From Eledone cirrhosa (taxonomy: Eukaryota), in NCBI GenBank assembly GCA_964016885.1, contig OZ024741.1, positions 171,368,001 to 171,432,000 of the forward strand: a stretch of 64,000 bases of DNA, written 5' to 3'. Below, piece after piece: positions 1-16,505 of this stretch. Numbering within the stretch: the first letter of the stretch is position 1; every line of letters begins with the position of its first letter. A program made the position numbers and the translations under genes. The notes under the pieces were generated by a model that had not been told where the DNA came from, ran no database searches, and worked only from the letters and a program-made list of their open reading frames with translations.

Positions 1-461
<461 letters not shown>

Positions 462-469
462 TATATATA

Positions 470-1408
470 CTAGCAGCAGTACCCAGCGTTGCCGGGGTAG
501 GTAAAATAATATCTGCTTTGATGAAAAGGTGTTGATCTTAGCGACTGCTTCTCGATTACTCATCTATGGCCACACACAGGCCATGAGGGGGAGGGTGGTG
601 ATGACCTCTATCACTGAAAAACGCGGGTGACTGACGAAGGGGTATGCTGGGGGAGGGAGATCATGACCTCTAACACTAAGCCAAATTTCCTCACCCTACT
701 TCATTGGAAACCGATGAATTCTCAAATACACAACTAAAAGCTCAGACGACCTCAGTGGCCATCGTTTTGCCCTTGACCATGAACTGGATAATTGGATGGA
801 ATTGTTTTGAATTTGAACGAAATCGGTTGAAAAATGTAGGAGCTAGAGCCGAAAAGGCGGAAATTTGAGCGAAAAGGTGATATTTTCGAATATTTAAGCG
901 GCTGCCACGCCGTTCCTGAACAAAAATTCCAAAATGTAAAACGATTTTAAGACGTGAAATAATCAGATCTAGCGTAGTGTAAAATTTGAACAAAGTAGGT
1001 TGATTAATGTGGGAGCTAAAGCCGAAAAAGTGGAAATTTGAGTCTAAAAGTGGTATTTTTGAATATTTAGTGGCTGCGTGAACAAAAAAATGCAAAATAT
1101 GAAGCCATTACAGGATGTGCAATGATAAAATCTATTTTGCTTTAAAATTTGAACGAAATCGGTGGCAAAATATGGGAGCTAGAACCAAAAATCTTATTTT
1201 TCGATACCTAAAAAAAATGACCTCCCTATCGATTTTTATCTGCCGAATAACCCCGACATAAAAAAAATGATACGCTGATATATAGAAAACACTCCCTGAT
1301 GACTAATCTATGAGCCTGTAAAGATTCATGAAAATCGGTCGTAAGATGTAGGCCCCTATAGGTAATACACAGACACACACACACACATACTTTATATATA
1401 TATACAGA
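470..1408 (-). mobile_element. Non-autonomous Helitron-like element
   Basis: Minus strand starts A|TCTGTATATA at 1408 and ends CTAG|T at 470, with GC hairpin ACCCCGGCAACGCTGGGT (481-498) just upstream; internal ~170-bp subrepeats near 805, 982 and 1143. Confidence 0.75.
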
Positions 1409-1431
1409 TATATATATATATTTATATATGT

Positions 1432-1618
1432 AGAAGAGATATTTAATTTGTTTGAAATCCAAATATAAATGTTTACAACTGATTCAGAGCACTCGACAGT
1501 TTTCTGGAGTAAGTATTCAATGATATTAAATAAATGGAAACTATATTTATGGTTTTATAAGTATAGTCTTCATAAATATGGTTTTATAAATATAGTTTCC
1601 ATTTATTTAATATCATTG
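1432..1618. mobile_element. PLE-derived fold-back, family B (diverged)
   Basis: Inverted AATGATATTAAATAAATGGAAACTATATTTAT arms; family B tail reversed on the left. Confidence 0.6.
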
Positions 1619-1695
1619 TATATATTTATATATATATATATCTACATATATATATATATATATGTATATATATATTCATATATATATATATATAT

Positions 1696-1838
1696 AGGAA
1701 CGAGTAGGACCCCGACGGCTGAGCTCAAGCCGTTTCGACGGCTAATTCTGGTATATATACCGTCCTCTTTCAGTCCAGAATTATTGAGTACTTTGGTGCG
1801 TTATGGTCCATCTGGTTCCTTACCACACTTCCTTCGTT
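1696..1838. mobile_element. PLE-derived fold-back, family C
   Basis: AGGAACGAGTAGGACCCCGACGG...TTACCACACTTCCTTCGT between (TA)n tracts; relatives at 6243, 17715, 42890, 51854. Confidence 0.7.
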
Positions 1839-1852
1839 ATATATATATATAT

Positions 1853-1919
<67 letters not shown>

Positions 1920-1929
1920 TATATATATA

Positions 1930-2554
1930 TTGTTATACTTTGGGGGGGGGGGGGGTCATGTTGTCAATAAGAAACACGCGCACCAGTTGCTTTCATTTCA
2001 ATTTATTATAAATTTCCAGTTGGTTCGTTGGTTCCACAACCGGACGGTTGTTCATATATTGTCAAAGTTCTTTCATCACAAAATTAAATAGAAAACATGA
2101 ATGGAATAGCAACATCACAACTCACAATTAAGGACAAAATGAAAACACACACACATAGAACAAACAACTAACTAGTAATGTATAAATAAACAAATAAATA
2201 AATAAATACAAACACACACATACACTCGGATGTAACACATGCGCAAACTAAGCACACAACACACACAAAAACAAGATGGCGTAGGACAGAACAAAGGAGA
2301 GGCACAAAACAAAGAAAAGAATCCTCAGTTACTGAAGAGGTCACAGAATGCGTGACGAAAGAACTTTGACAATGTATGAACAACCGTCCGGTTGTGGAAC
2401 CAACCAACCAACCGGAAATTTATAATAAATAGAAGTGAATCAATTAGGTGCGTGTGTTTCTTATTGGCAACATGACCCTCCCAAAGTATAACAATATCGG
2501 TTTCAACACACGTTTTCAGATAAAGAATCTTGCTAAACAAATTCAGAAACGAAA
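1930..2554. mobile_element. PLE-derived fold-back, family X
   Basis: Inverted arm 1930-2080, then direct unit from AAATTAAATAGAAAAC to AAGTATAACAA (2494) plus 60-bp tail; flanked by (TA)n. Confidence 0.8.
2328..2370 (+). ncRNA. Minimal type I hammerhead ribozyme motif (family X)
   Basis: gtta-CTGAAGA-g-GTCAC(agaatgc)GTGAC-GAAAG-aa-CTT-tgac; copy at 44935-44977 has stem I gtca/tgac. Confidence 0.65.
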
Positions 2555-2577
2555 TATATATATATATATATATATTT

Positions 2578-2620
<43 letters not shown>

Positions 2621-2621
2621 T

Positions 2622-2933
2622 ATTTCTTTATTAGCCACAGGGGCACAAAAGAAGGGGACAAATACAAAGGGGGAAGTTTACATACAATAAAAACGTGTAA
2701 AATGTTATCACAGATGGAATTTAAAAGTTAGTCGATTTTCCCCAATAGAGGGAGACAGTTTATATGGGTAACACATACCCCCGAAAAAAATGTGCAACCC
2801 TCATCTTCAGGAGTACGAAGAGCTTGTACTCCTTTCCTCTCCTCCTCCTTTTCCTTAATCTACAGACTGATATAGAGAGAAGGCCCATTCACTCGGGCCA
2901 TTCTCGCCACTTTCACCCACCTTTCGTAAAACT
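2622..2933 (-). mobile_element. 3' end of an L1/Tx1-type LINE within a (GATA)n tract
   Basis: Minus strand encodes FYERWVKVARMARVNGPSL, homologous to FAKRWMNVARMARVNGSTL at 28965-29025; ends AATAAAGAAAT. Confidence 0.8.
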
Positions 2934-3080
2934 TAGATAGATGCCATTGTTAAATAATAAATAAATCAACTAATACCTTAAGACTTCACACAAAGTAAAA
3001 CATTTCGTTTTAATCATTTTCTAACCCAGAAAAAAGAGAGAGAAACAAAAAAGGAAAAAAAATATTTTTCTTCCTAAACA

Positions 3081-3115
<35 letters not shown>

Positions 3116-3572
3116 TATATATATTCATATATATATATATATGATATAGGTGTGAGTGTGTGCGTCTGTCTGTATATATATATCAAAGAGATCGAAGTGT
3201 AAAATATAACAAACGTGTAGCTCTATCGTATGATAAGTCTATGAGAGAAATAGGGATAAATATATATACATATATATGTGTGTGCATGTGTGTATGTTGT
3301 GCAGTTCTTTGTGTGTATGCGTATATTGTGTCAGTATTTGAGTGTGTATAATCATATTATAGGAAGATGCCTACAGTGTTGTTTTTCACTTGACAACCGA
3401 GGGGAATGGCTCGTTGTGGGTGCTGCTATGATCACTGTTCAATGACAATAACCGGTTGTTAACAAACAATTTCTACAGTTTGTGTGTTTATTCATGAGCG
3501 CGTGTGTAGGTATATATACCGCCTACTTTCTCCCCTCTCCTCCTTCTCTCTCTCTACAAGTACACACACACA

Positions 3573-3620
<48 letters not shown>

Positions 3621-3761
3621 AAAAATATGGGGAGAAGAATACTGCATGGTTGCACATGGATTTACATGTTATAAAATGAGTGCCTCATCAGTGATTTGCC
3701 ATTGGTATTTCATCGCATTAAAAATCAGATACCTCACGTTGGAGCTATAATAACTAAAATA

Positions 3762-3809
<48 letters not shown>

Positions 3810-3990
3810 GTAGGTCCCGGGTTGAGTCGGGGATAACCACAGTAAGTAAGGTACTCAATACATGGCAGAGTAAAATTTTATAGAAGGAGCTTCTACAGGA
3901 CTAGTACTGTTTCATTCAGATGAAATCTTCTCCTGAAGATTTCATCTGAATGAAACAGTACTAGTCCTGTAGAAGCTCCTTCTATAAAAT
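3810..3990. mobile_element. PLE-derived fold-back, family A, with hammerhead core
   Basis: Arms 3876-3930 and 3935-3990; CTGAAGA...GAAACAGTACTAGTCCTGTA on plus; tail only on the left arm. Confidence 0.8.
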
Positions 3991-3991
3991 A

Positions 3992-4027
<36 letters not shown>

Positions 4028-4223
4028 GGACGATTTGTTACGTCTTCATTACGTTTATTGAGTAGTGAGGCGTGTTTACCTATTGATCAGCTCAAGGTTC
4101 GATCTGTATCTATCTAGCCCAAGTGCTACTCAGTTCAACCTACTGTAATAGTACGTTACACTCCCTCTCTCTCTCTCACACTCTCCCTCTCGGTCATTTT
4201 TTCTCTCTCTCTCTCTCTCTCTG

Positions 4224-4345
<122 letters not shown>

Positions 4346-4472
4346 TATATATATATATATATATATGTTGTAGAGAGCTCAGTTGCCGGATCCTAAATAT
4401 TTACAATACTTACACTCTACATTTCCATGTATTGAATACTTCTGAAGAATGGTCTTACCTGTCTAATCTGGC

Positions 4473-4890
<418 letters not shown>

Positions 4891-4971
4891 TACGGCCTGC
4901 CCGCCCGTCCAGTGGGATGGCGTCATCGCCGAATGGAGCTCGGCAGACTGGTCGGTCAAGGTGATATATAG

Positions 4972-5040
<69 letters not shown>

Positions 5041-5159
5041 AACTACTTCTACAGAACTAGAACTGTTTTATTCCTATGAAATCATCAGGAATGCCTTATA
5101 TTCTGTCAATGTATTTGGTACCATTTTTAACTGTCGTTAGTCCCCGACACAACATGGGA

Positions 5160-5207
<48 letters not shown>

Positions 5208-5325
5208 TGTTATACTTTGGGAGGGTCATGTTGCCAATAAGAAACATGACCCTCCCAAAGTATAACAATATCGGTTTCAACACACGATTTCAGATAACGA
5301 ATCTTGCTAAACAAATTCAGAAACG

Positions 5326-5377
<52 letters not shown>

Positions 5378-5512
5378 GGCTTCTACAGGACTAGAACTGT
5401 TTCATTCGGGAGAAATCATCAAGAAGCCATCTCTATATTAAATATTTATACTCTGCTATGTATTAAGTACCTTACTTACTGTGGTTACCCCCAATTGAAT
5501 CCGGGATAAACT
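5041..5512. mobile_element. Three short fold-backs: family A (5041-5160, 5372-5512) and family X (5207-5328)
   Basis: Each has a short inverted arm joined to its family tail and is separated by (TA)n. Confidence 0.7.
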
Positions 5513-5743
5513 TATATATATATGTACGTATATATGAGTGTGTATATATGTGTGTGTGTGTGTCAGTATGTGTGTATACGCTCATATTCCTTTATTCGTG
5601 CAGTTTCAATCACTAGACTGCGGCTTTGCTGACGTACCACCTTCAAGGTATTGAGTTTATTATATCGATCCCACTACTTATTTGTCAGTCTGCATTTATA
5701 TTATCTCCTCATCGAATCGCTAATTTACGGCATATAATCACAT

Positions 5744-6440
<697 letters not shown>

Positions 6441-6479
6441 ATGAGTGTGTGTGTGTGCACGCGTCAGTGTATATGTGTG

Positions 6480-6800
6480 TGTGCTGGACCTCCGTTGTTC
6501 CCAACGACCAGTGCTTCAGGTGATTCAACCAATCGAACTACCAGCTCATGAGATTAACACGCAAGTGTCTGAGCATTCCACAGAGACGAGTACCCTTAAT
6601 ATTGTTCTCAGGGATATTCAGCGTGACACAATGTGACCAGGCGGCCTCCTTGAGTTACGGGTGTAACTCATTTTTGCCAGCTGTGTGTACTGGAGCAGTG
6701 TAAAATAAAGCGTCTTGCTCAAGAACACAACGCGCCAAACGGTCCAGGAGCCGAACTCACAATCTAATGATCAAAATCTGAGCCCCCATACCACATGACT
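6480..6800 (-). mobile_element. SINE family 1, diverged
   Basis: CTGGAGCAGTGTAAAATAAAGCGTCTTGCTCAAGAACACAAC matches the other copies. Confidence 0.7.
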
Positions 6801-7191
6801 ATCCGGGAGCTTCCAACAGTAATGGTTGCATTTTTTAAGGGTATGTCAATATTTATTTATAAAACTGATCTATATTATATTTTATCTGATGAAAGCACAC
6901 CTTAATTTAACTTGGTGCCCTTGAAATATGTATAATGAAATAAATATGGTTTTATAAATATAGTTTCCATTTGTTAATATCGTATTTTTACTCCAAATAA
7001 TTGTTGAGTGCTTTATATCAGTTATAAAAATATTTGCTTGTTGTATTCCAACAATTTAAATAGAACTTTTACATATATATATATATATATATATATAGAT
7101 TTTGAGTTTATGTTGGTTGTATACCAACACCATAGTATGCAGGCTGGAGCACTCGACGAAGTGCGCAGGTTGGTTTACCATACTAATTCAA

Positions 7192-7246
7192 ACTGCCTGA
7201 AGAGGTCACAGCCAAAGATGGCTGTCACTGAAATATATATAGCAGT
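7192..7246 (+). ncRNA. Type I hammerhead ribozyme motif
   Basis: ACTGC-CTGAAGA-stem II ACAGCC/GGCTGT-GAAA-TATATATA-GCAGT; 5-bp stem I, palindromic stem III. Confidence 0.75.
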
Positions 7247-7290
7247 AATAAACGAAGCTAAATTTTAATCATTTGACTTTTATTTAACTT

Positions 7291-7352
<62 letters not shown>

Positions 7353-7440
7353 GATATTAACAAATGGAAACTATATTTATAAAACCATATTTATTTCATT
7401 ATACATATTTCAAGGATATACGATGTCCTCCAAAAGTAAT

Positions 7441-7619
7441 TGTTTCTACTTTTGGCACAATTATCCCAGTGTTTTACTGGTACTTTATTTTATCGACCCC
7501 GTAAGGATGAAAGGCAAAGTTAACCTCGGCGGGATTTGAACTCAGAATGTCAAGGGCCGTAACTCTATGCGTCAAAGCATGGCGTCCGACCCGCTACCGA
7601 TACTGCCAATTCACCGCCC
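7441..7619 (-). mobile_element. tRNA-derived SINE family 2 (Deu/Nin-like body) with 13-bp TSD
   Basis: A box TGGCAGTATCGG, B box GAGTTCAAATCC, body GCCTTTCATCCTTACGGGGTCGATAAAAT; CTCCAAAAGTAAT at 7428-7440 and 7620-7632. Confidence 0.9.
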
Positions 7620-8182
7620 CTCCAAAAGTAATGGTCGCATTTTGAAAGGGTACGTCAATGCTTATTTATAAAACTGATATATATTGTATTTTGTCTGATG
7701 AAGGCATACCATAATTTAACTTGGTATTTGTTATATAAATATAGTTTCCATTTGTTAATATCGTATTTTTACTCCAAATAATTGTTGAGTGCTTTATATC
7801 AGTTATAAAAATATTTGCTTGTTGTATTCCAACAATTTAAATAGAACTTTTACATATATATATATATAATGAATTAAGGTATTTGTTATATAAATATAGT
7901 TTCCATTTGTTAATATCGTATTTTTACTCCAAATAATTGTTGAGTGCTTTATATCAGTTATAAAAATATTTATAAAACTGATATATATTGTATTTTGTCT
8001 GATGAAGGCATACCATAATTTAACTTGGTATCCTTGAAATATGTATAATGAAATAAATATGGTTTTATAAATATAGTTTCCATTTGTTAATATCGTATAT
8101 CTACTCCAAATACTTGTCGAGTGCTTTATATCTGTTATAAAAATATTTACTTGTTGTATCCCAACAATTTAAATAGAACTTT

Positions 8183-8334
<152 letters not shown>

Positions 8335-8484
8335 AATTAAAATACTAGAGTGTGTTGCAGTAAAACACCCTCTTCGTATTATAGAAATGACAGTATAAGA
8401 TATAGATCAATGTAATTAAACAGAGCCGAAGAATTATAAAAAATAAACCAAAGAAGCCTTCAATACATCAAAAGTCTTTATATA

Positions 8485-8539
<55 letters not shown>

Positions 8540-8548
<9 letters not shown>

Positions 8549-9003
8549 ACTACACACATACGTACGTATATACATAAATACATATGTACAGAAATGCATA
8601 TTTATATATGCATACGTACGTACATACATACGCACATACATACATACGTACATACATACATACGCACATACATACATACGCAAATACATACATATGTACA
8701 CACATTATATAAATATATATATGCATACAAACAAGCACACAAACATATATACATATGTATATTCATACGTAAATACATAGATACGTAATACATACGTGCA
8801 TACAGCATACATACATGCATACATACATTCATTCATACATTATAAACATACATAAATACATTCAAATATTCATATACATACACACATTCATACATACATA
8901 TATACATACATACATACATACATTCATTCATACATACATACATACATACATACATACATACATACATACATACATACATACATACATACATACATACATA
9001 CAT
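8540..9003. repeat. Degenerate (CATA)n microsatellite
   Basis: Direct reading. Confidence 0.95.
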
Positions 9004-9441
9004 GATGACTACCCCCTCGTTATCGAGTATGGCCATTGCACGATGTACCATTATTAATAATTATTAACTAATGCAATGTCTGTGCGTGAAGATATTTTTT
9101 AAAGTGAGGAAAGACTGTGCACTGAGCCAATCCCACTCTCTGAGTGACTAACTATAACCCGAAAAGAAGAAAAGATCAACATTATCGGTAACTACTGAGC
9201 CGCAGGTTTTATATCGGAGTTATCCCAGTTTCCTGAGTTGCCTTCTCCTAAAAGAATGCCCTGGCAAAGGCTAGGGGTCCTTCACTCCCAGTGGTTTAAC
9301 CTCGCGATCGGGTGTCCAGCCCGACTATTTCTATGTCCCCGCGCATACATACATACATATAGACATATATACCCTATGTAGACTAAAGTCATCGACCTGT
9401 TGTCAAACTCTCTACTCTGTGTTGAATATACATACATACGT

Positions 9442-9841
9442 GGTGGCTGCCAACTCGTTTTCGAGTACGGCCACTACTTTATATCCATGTAGGAGAACCC
9501 TTACCGATGCACTGAACGAGTGTGACTTTTCAGTCCAGCCAGCGACATGAAAACTCTGGTACAAACACTACACTTGTGACAATTATTGACACATAGTGCT
9601 GGGCCCATGGTACCATGTCACGACAAGTGCAGAGAGATCTCCAGATATAAAGCAATGCCTGTGCCGTGAAGCTTTTATAGTGAGCAAAGGCACTGCACAA
9701 AGCCAGTCCCTCTCTCTTAACCAAGATGATATTTACCAAAAAGAAGAACAAGTCAACATCATTGGATACCATCAGGGTTGCAGGTGTTATATCAGAGTTT
9801 TCCTTCTCCTAGAATTATGCCTTGAGGCTAAGGGGTCATCT
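9442..9841 (-). mobile_element. Non-autonomous RTE-derived element, family E
   Basis: Close match to 43340-43817 and 56679-57285; minus strand encodes [25 protein letters not shown] (C2H2). A diverged relative lies at 9005-9340. Confidence 0.7.
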
Positions 9842-9863
9842 CATACATACATACATACATACA

Positions 9864-9895
<32 letters not shown>

Positions 9896-10101
9896 GACAT
9901 ACATACATAGATACGCGACGGTTTCTAAACATATTTACCGTTTACCATATACTATTCCTAAGACATTTCTCCAAACTAAGCATTTACATAGGATGCCACA
10001 CAGTGCGATCGAACGCGGAAGCACGTGTTCGGGAAGCGAACTTCTTGTTGCACATAGCCATGCTTTGTGTTTGTAGCTGTGACGGTGGTAGTGGCGGCGA
10101 C

Positions 10102-10110
10102 ACTACCACA

Positions 10111-10162
<52 letters not shown>

Positions 10163-10163
10163 T

Positions 10164-10214
<51 letters not shown>

Positions 10215-10280
10215 AACTACTACCACCACCACTACTACTACTGTTGCTGCTATTGCTACTACTACTACCACCACCACCAT

Positions 10281-10335
<55 letters not shown>

Positions 10336-10485
10336 GTTGCTGCTACTACTACCACCATTATCACTACCACTACCACTAATACTACTACCACTACCACCAT
10401 CACCTCAGCCACCACCACCACTACTACTACTGTTGCTGCTACTACTACTACTACTACTACTACCACTACCACTACTACTACTACA

Positions 10486-10542
<57 letters not shown>

Positions 10543-12477
10543 GTTGCTGTGTATTTTTGCTGCTGGAACTGCTGACACGGCACCCATCGTCGCCACAGAA
10601 AAAGTACTACTGTTGCTGCCTTTCATTAGACACCGTCCCCACCGTCCCCACCGCCACCGCTTAACAACAACAAAGACAAATAGTACGACTATCACCACCA
10701 CCACCACCACCACCACCACCATTACGACGAATTATTCCGCCGCCGCCGTCACTGTCACAGTTACAACTAAGCGCCATAACATAAATCAACAACAAAACTA
10801 TTATTTCAAGCACTATCACCGGCTCCTGTACCTCGAACTCACCCACGACTATTACCTCCATCACCACGCCTACGACAAGAACTACAACAATAGCTACGAC
10901 GACTTCCACCACCACCACCACCACCACCACTATCACTACTACTATAACGGCGACGACGACCACCACCGCCACCACCACCAAAACTATTACTACTATTATC
11001 ACGACGACGACCACCAGCACCGCCGCGCTACCATAACTACTACTACTATTATCACGGCGACGACCATCACCACCGCCTCTACCCTAACAACTAGTACTAA
11101 CACGACGACGAGGGCGACGGCTACGAACACCACCACCACCACCACCACCATCCCCTCCACCTCTATGACTACTACTATCACCAACACAACAACGACGACA
11201 ACCACCACTAACACCGGCACCACCACAACTACTATCACTATCTTCACGACGACCACCACTGACACCAACACGACTACTACTACGACAACGCCGCACCACT
11301 AGCACCACCAGCACTACCAGCACCACCACAACTATCACTATCTTCACGACGACCACCACCGCCACCATCACGATTACTACTACGACGACGCACCACTAGC
11401 ACCACCACCGCCACCACAATTACTATTACTATCTTCACGAACGACCACCACCGCCACCACCATTGCCACTATAGCTACGTCAACGACACCGCACCACTAA
11501 CGCCACTAGCACCTCCACCACCACCACAACTACAATTACTATCTGCACGGCGATCACCACCGCCACCATCACCACTACAACTACGGCGACGACGCCGCAC
11601 CACTAGCGAACCACCACCACCACCACCACCACAATTACTATCTCACTATGATGACCACCGCCACCATCACGACTACAACTACGACAACGACGCCGCACCA
11701 CTAGCACCACCACCACCACCACAACTACTATTACAATCTTCACGACGACCACCGCCACCATCACCACTAACACCACTACCACCATCACCACCACCACAAT
11801 TACTATCTTCACGACGACCACCGCCACCATCACCACTACAACAACGACAACGACGCCGCACCACTAGCACCACTAGCACCACCACCACCACAACTAGTAT
11901 TACTATCTTCACGACGACCACCGCCACCATCACCACTAACACCACTACCACCACCACCACCACCACCACCACCACCACCACAACCATAATTACTATCTTC
12001 ACTACGACGACCACCGCCATCATCACCACTACAACTACGACAACGACAACGCACCACTAGTACCACCACCACCACCACCACCACCACCACCACAATTACT
12101 ATCTCACTACGACGACCACCTCCACCATCACCACTACAACTACGACAACGACAACGCACCACCACCACCACCACCACAATTACTATCTCACTACGACGAC
12201 CACCTCCACCATCACCACTACAACTACGACAAGGACAACGCACCACTAGCACCACCACCACCACCACCACCACCACCACAACTATAACTACTATCTTCAC
12301 TACGACGACCACCGCCACCGCCACCGCCACCGCCACCGCCACCGCTACCGCCACCGCCACCGCCACAACTACAACTACAACTACGACAACTCGCCACTAG
12401 CGCCAGCACCACCCCAACTACTATTACTATCTTAACGACGACGACCACAGCCTCCATTACGACTACAAACTACTACA

Positions 12478-12521
<44 letters not shown>

Positions 12522-12553
12522 GACGACGACCACGACGACCACGACCACGACTA
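10102..12553. repeat. ACT/ACC/ACG trinucleotide low-complexity region with degenerate longer units
   Basis: (ACT)n runs, then recurring ACTATCTTCACGACGACCACCGCCACCATCACCACTA...GCACCACTAGC. Confidence 0.9.
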
Positions 12554-12766
12554 TGTGAAAATTAAAAAAACAACAACAACGATGTGGTTGCTGCCTGTGT
12601 TTGTAAGAGGCAGCAGCAAGAAGAGAGATGGTCTGCTGTAGCTTTAGCTTCTACAGCAGCGGCAGCAACTTTGATTCTCTTTCAAACCTTTTGGATAAAA
12701 TTCTTACCGTTTGTCGTCGTCATCGTCGCCGCCGCTGCCTTCTTCTCCTTCGTTCTCTTCATCATC

Positions 12767-12817
<51 letters not shown>

Positions 12818-12995
12818 CCGTTTCCTTTTCTTTCTTTCTTTCTTTCTTTCTTTCTCTCTCTCTCCCTCTCTTTTTCCTTCTTTCCCTCTACCGTCGATGT
12901 CCTCTGCTCCTCAATCATGTAAGTAACAACAAACTATATCTCACTCTATTTACATTTTAGAATGTATGTATATATACGTGTATATATCTATATAC

Positions 12996-13034
<39 letters not shown>

Positions 13035-13080
13035 AATATATATGATGAAACACAGATACCAACACATCTGTATATATATG

Positions 13081-13193
<113 letters not shown>

Positions 13194-13272
13194 GGGGTAA
13201 CAAATAATAGTTATATGCAGTCCAAAAACCTTTTTTGATAAGCAAACCGTGTCAATCTTCTTTCCTGATTTA

Positions 13273-13330
<58 letters not shown>

Positions 13331-13647
13331 CGTATATACACATACATATATAGTTGATTGTATTTACCTACTTATGCATGTTCCACCCTCTCTCCCTTTG
13401 GTTAGTTACTTGTATATATGATTGTATATTTTTTCACTTTCTCACACTATTTTTTTATCTTTCGCTCACTATATTTCTCTCGTTTTTTACATCACAGCCT
13501 ACATACACACGCACGCTTATATGTTTACCTATTTGTGTATCGTATGTCCTCGGTCGTTATCGCGCTCCATCACTTTATATATCACTGTTCTTTTCACTTT
13601 GTGTGTATTTATCTGTCAAATCTCTCTCTCACGCTCTCTCTCCCTCC

Positions 13648-13721
<74 letters not shown>

Positions 13722-13822
13722 ATCTATCTATCTATCTCTTTATCAATATATATATATATATATATATCAAGTAATCACACAGCCCCTTGTTTCTTCTAAA
13801 TTTATATATATAAATTTACAGA

Positions 13823-14030
13823 TACGATATATTAACAAATGGAAACTATATTTATAAAACCAAATTTATTTCAAGGACACCAAGTTAAATTATGGTGTGC
13901 TTTCATCAGATAAAAATATAATATAGATCAGTTTTATAAATAAATATTGTCATACCCTTAAAGAATGCGACCCTATCTGTTGGAAGCTCTCGGATAGTCA
14001 ACAATTTAAATAGAACTTCTACATTTAAAT
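13823..14030. mobile_element. Family B fold-back
   Basis: Reverse arm from ACGATATATTAACAAATGG including CTTTCATCAG, then forward tail end CAACAATTTAAATAGAACTT. Confidence 0.65.
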
Positions 14031-14108
14031 TTACACATATATATATACATATATATATATACACACACATATACCTGTATACACACACATATATATATAT
14101 ACCTATAC

Positions 14109-14146
<38 letters not shown>

Positions 14147-14186
14147 GCACATATACCTGTATACACACATACATATATATATACCT

Positions 14187-14231
<45 letters not shown>

Positions 14232-14273
14232 CCTGTATACACACATACATATATATATATACCTATACATATA

Positions 14274-14343
<70 letters not shown>

Positions 14344-14402
14344 TACCTGTATACACACATACATATATATATACCTATACATATATATACATATATATAT
14401 AT

Positions 14403-14441
<39 letters not shown>

Positions 14442-14825
14442 CACACATACATATATATATACCTATACCTGTATATATATACATATATATATATAAATGT
14501 TAGTACAGCATTGACGAAGCTTTAGTATACGGCCAAGCTAGCGTATATGCATAAGCGGTCTGTAGATTATGAGGTAAGACATACTCGGATGGGGTAAGAC
14601 ATACACAAACACATATATATACATATACACACGCATACATATATGCGTGTGTGTGTGTGTGTGTGTGTGTATGTACATACGTATCAATGTACCGATTTAT
14701 CTCGTTTAACTGGTGATGTTGCAAGTTAGATTGAAAGTCACAGAAGAGATAGAGAGAAAGGAGACAGAGTATTGATGACTGGCTTCTGTGTCTGTCAATT
14801 GGATTGGAAACATTGATAATAATAT

Positions 14826-15770
14826 TACGGGTTTATAATTTTGGCACAAGGCCAGCAATTTGAGGAAAGGGGGGAAAGTCGATTTAACGGATCCTTTCTT
14901 GACTTGTGCCTCATTTTATTGACACCGGAAGGATTTGAACTGAGAACACAAATTCTGGAAATCATTCTGCCTGTCATTTTACTGCCAGGTTAGCTATGAT
15001 CAAAGGCTTTCTAACCGTGTATATCCCGTTCTTTTTAAATTGTAGGGTGTAGTTTAAGAAAAATTTAGCTGCTATTTCTTGCAGGTGAAATAACCACTAT
15101 TTTTGTTATTTTGTTAACAAGATACAGGCTTGGGTGTGTAATTAAGAATGTAGCTTCGTAATCACACGGTTCCTGGTTCGATCCTACTGTGGCCAAATGT
15201 GATCTTCTCCACTTCGCATTCTTTCAACCAATATCTTTATTAATGGTTTTGAATTTCAGCACATGACCAATAATTTGGAGAAGGCAAAATCGATTATCGA
15301 TTATATCAAACCAGTACTTGGTGGTACTTTATTTTATCGACCGCGAAAGAATGAAAATCAAAGTTTAACCTAGGAGGGATTCGAACTTAGAATGAAAGAA
15401 CCGGGACAAATAGTACTAAACATTTACCCGGCGCTCTAACGACTCAGCCAATCAAACACACTCCCAATTACTTTAATAATTGTTTCTACTTTAGGCACAA
15501 GGCCAGCAATTTCCCAGTGCATTACTGGTACTTTATTCTATCGAACCCGTAAGGATGAAAGGCAAAGTCAACTTCGCCGGGATTTGAACTCAGATCGTAT
15601 AGTATAGTATTTGTATCTGACATAGCTTTAATTTAAAGAGGACGGGGTTTAGTCGAATAAATTAATTCAAGGGTAAAGTTGACCTCTCCACGATTGACCG
15701 CGGAATGAAAAGCGTCGCAACGAAATACCGCAGGTCAAACACGCCACCGATATTGCAGCTCATCAGCCTT
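14826..15770 (-). mobile_element. Cluster of degenerate SINE family 2 copies (clearest 15476-15597)
   Basis: Repeated GGCACAAGGCCAGCAATT, TTTATCGACC and GGATTTGAACTCAG blocks. Confidence 0.7.
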
Positions 15771-15898
15771 TACTACATATGTGTGTGTACTTATGTATAA
15801 ATATATGAATACACATGAATACAAGTAGAAATTCTACATGGTTTATTTTATTTAGAAATTTATTCTGCAGGACTAGAATTGATTAATTCGTCTGATAT

Positions 15899-15940
<42 letters not shown>

Positions 15941-15944
15941 CACA

Positions 15945-15995
<51 letters not shown>

Positions 15996-16007
15996 TATAT
16001 ATATATA

Positions 16008-16083
16008 CAGGGTATCCCAAAAATGTATACACACTTTGATTATCTGACTGTTGAAGTATATATACAATTTTGGGAGACACCTT
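16008..16083. mobile_element. Tiny Tc1/mariner-type MITE
   Basis: TA|CAGGGTATCCCAAAAATGTATACACACTT...AAGTATATATACAATTTTGGGAGACACC imperfect TIRs. Confidence 0.6.
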
Positions 16084-16140
16084 TTCTATACAGACATATG
16101 TGTTTAAATATATATATATATATGAATATATATATATGTA

Positions 16141-16255
<115 letters not shown>

Positions 16256-16407
16256 AGAAAAAATGAAACCAAATTTTATTTCTCACACTTAGTACGTCTG
16301 TTACTTAAATATAAGTATGTATACGTACATATATATGTGTGCATGTATGTATATATATATACATACTAGTGTACGTCTGTATACATATATGTATGTACGT
16401 ATACATA

Positions 16408-16505
<98 letters not shown>

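Noticed and set aside
9530-9910. Repeated 70-100-aa ORFs (also 43423-43719) as a host gene family
   Set aside because: They lie inside dispersed family E repeats and are not consistently open among copies.
9984-12457. Mucin-like poly-Thr, poly-Val or poly-Leu ORFs
   Set aside because: Open in several frames on both strands because of ACT/ACC repeats; frames shift freely and there is no domain or splice support.
12584-12960. Membrane-protein-like ORF or first exon
   Set aside because: The hydrophobic stretch comes from (TTTC)n, and donor-like sites on both strands lack matching acceptors.
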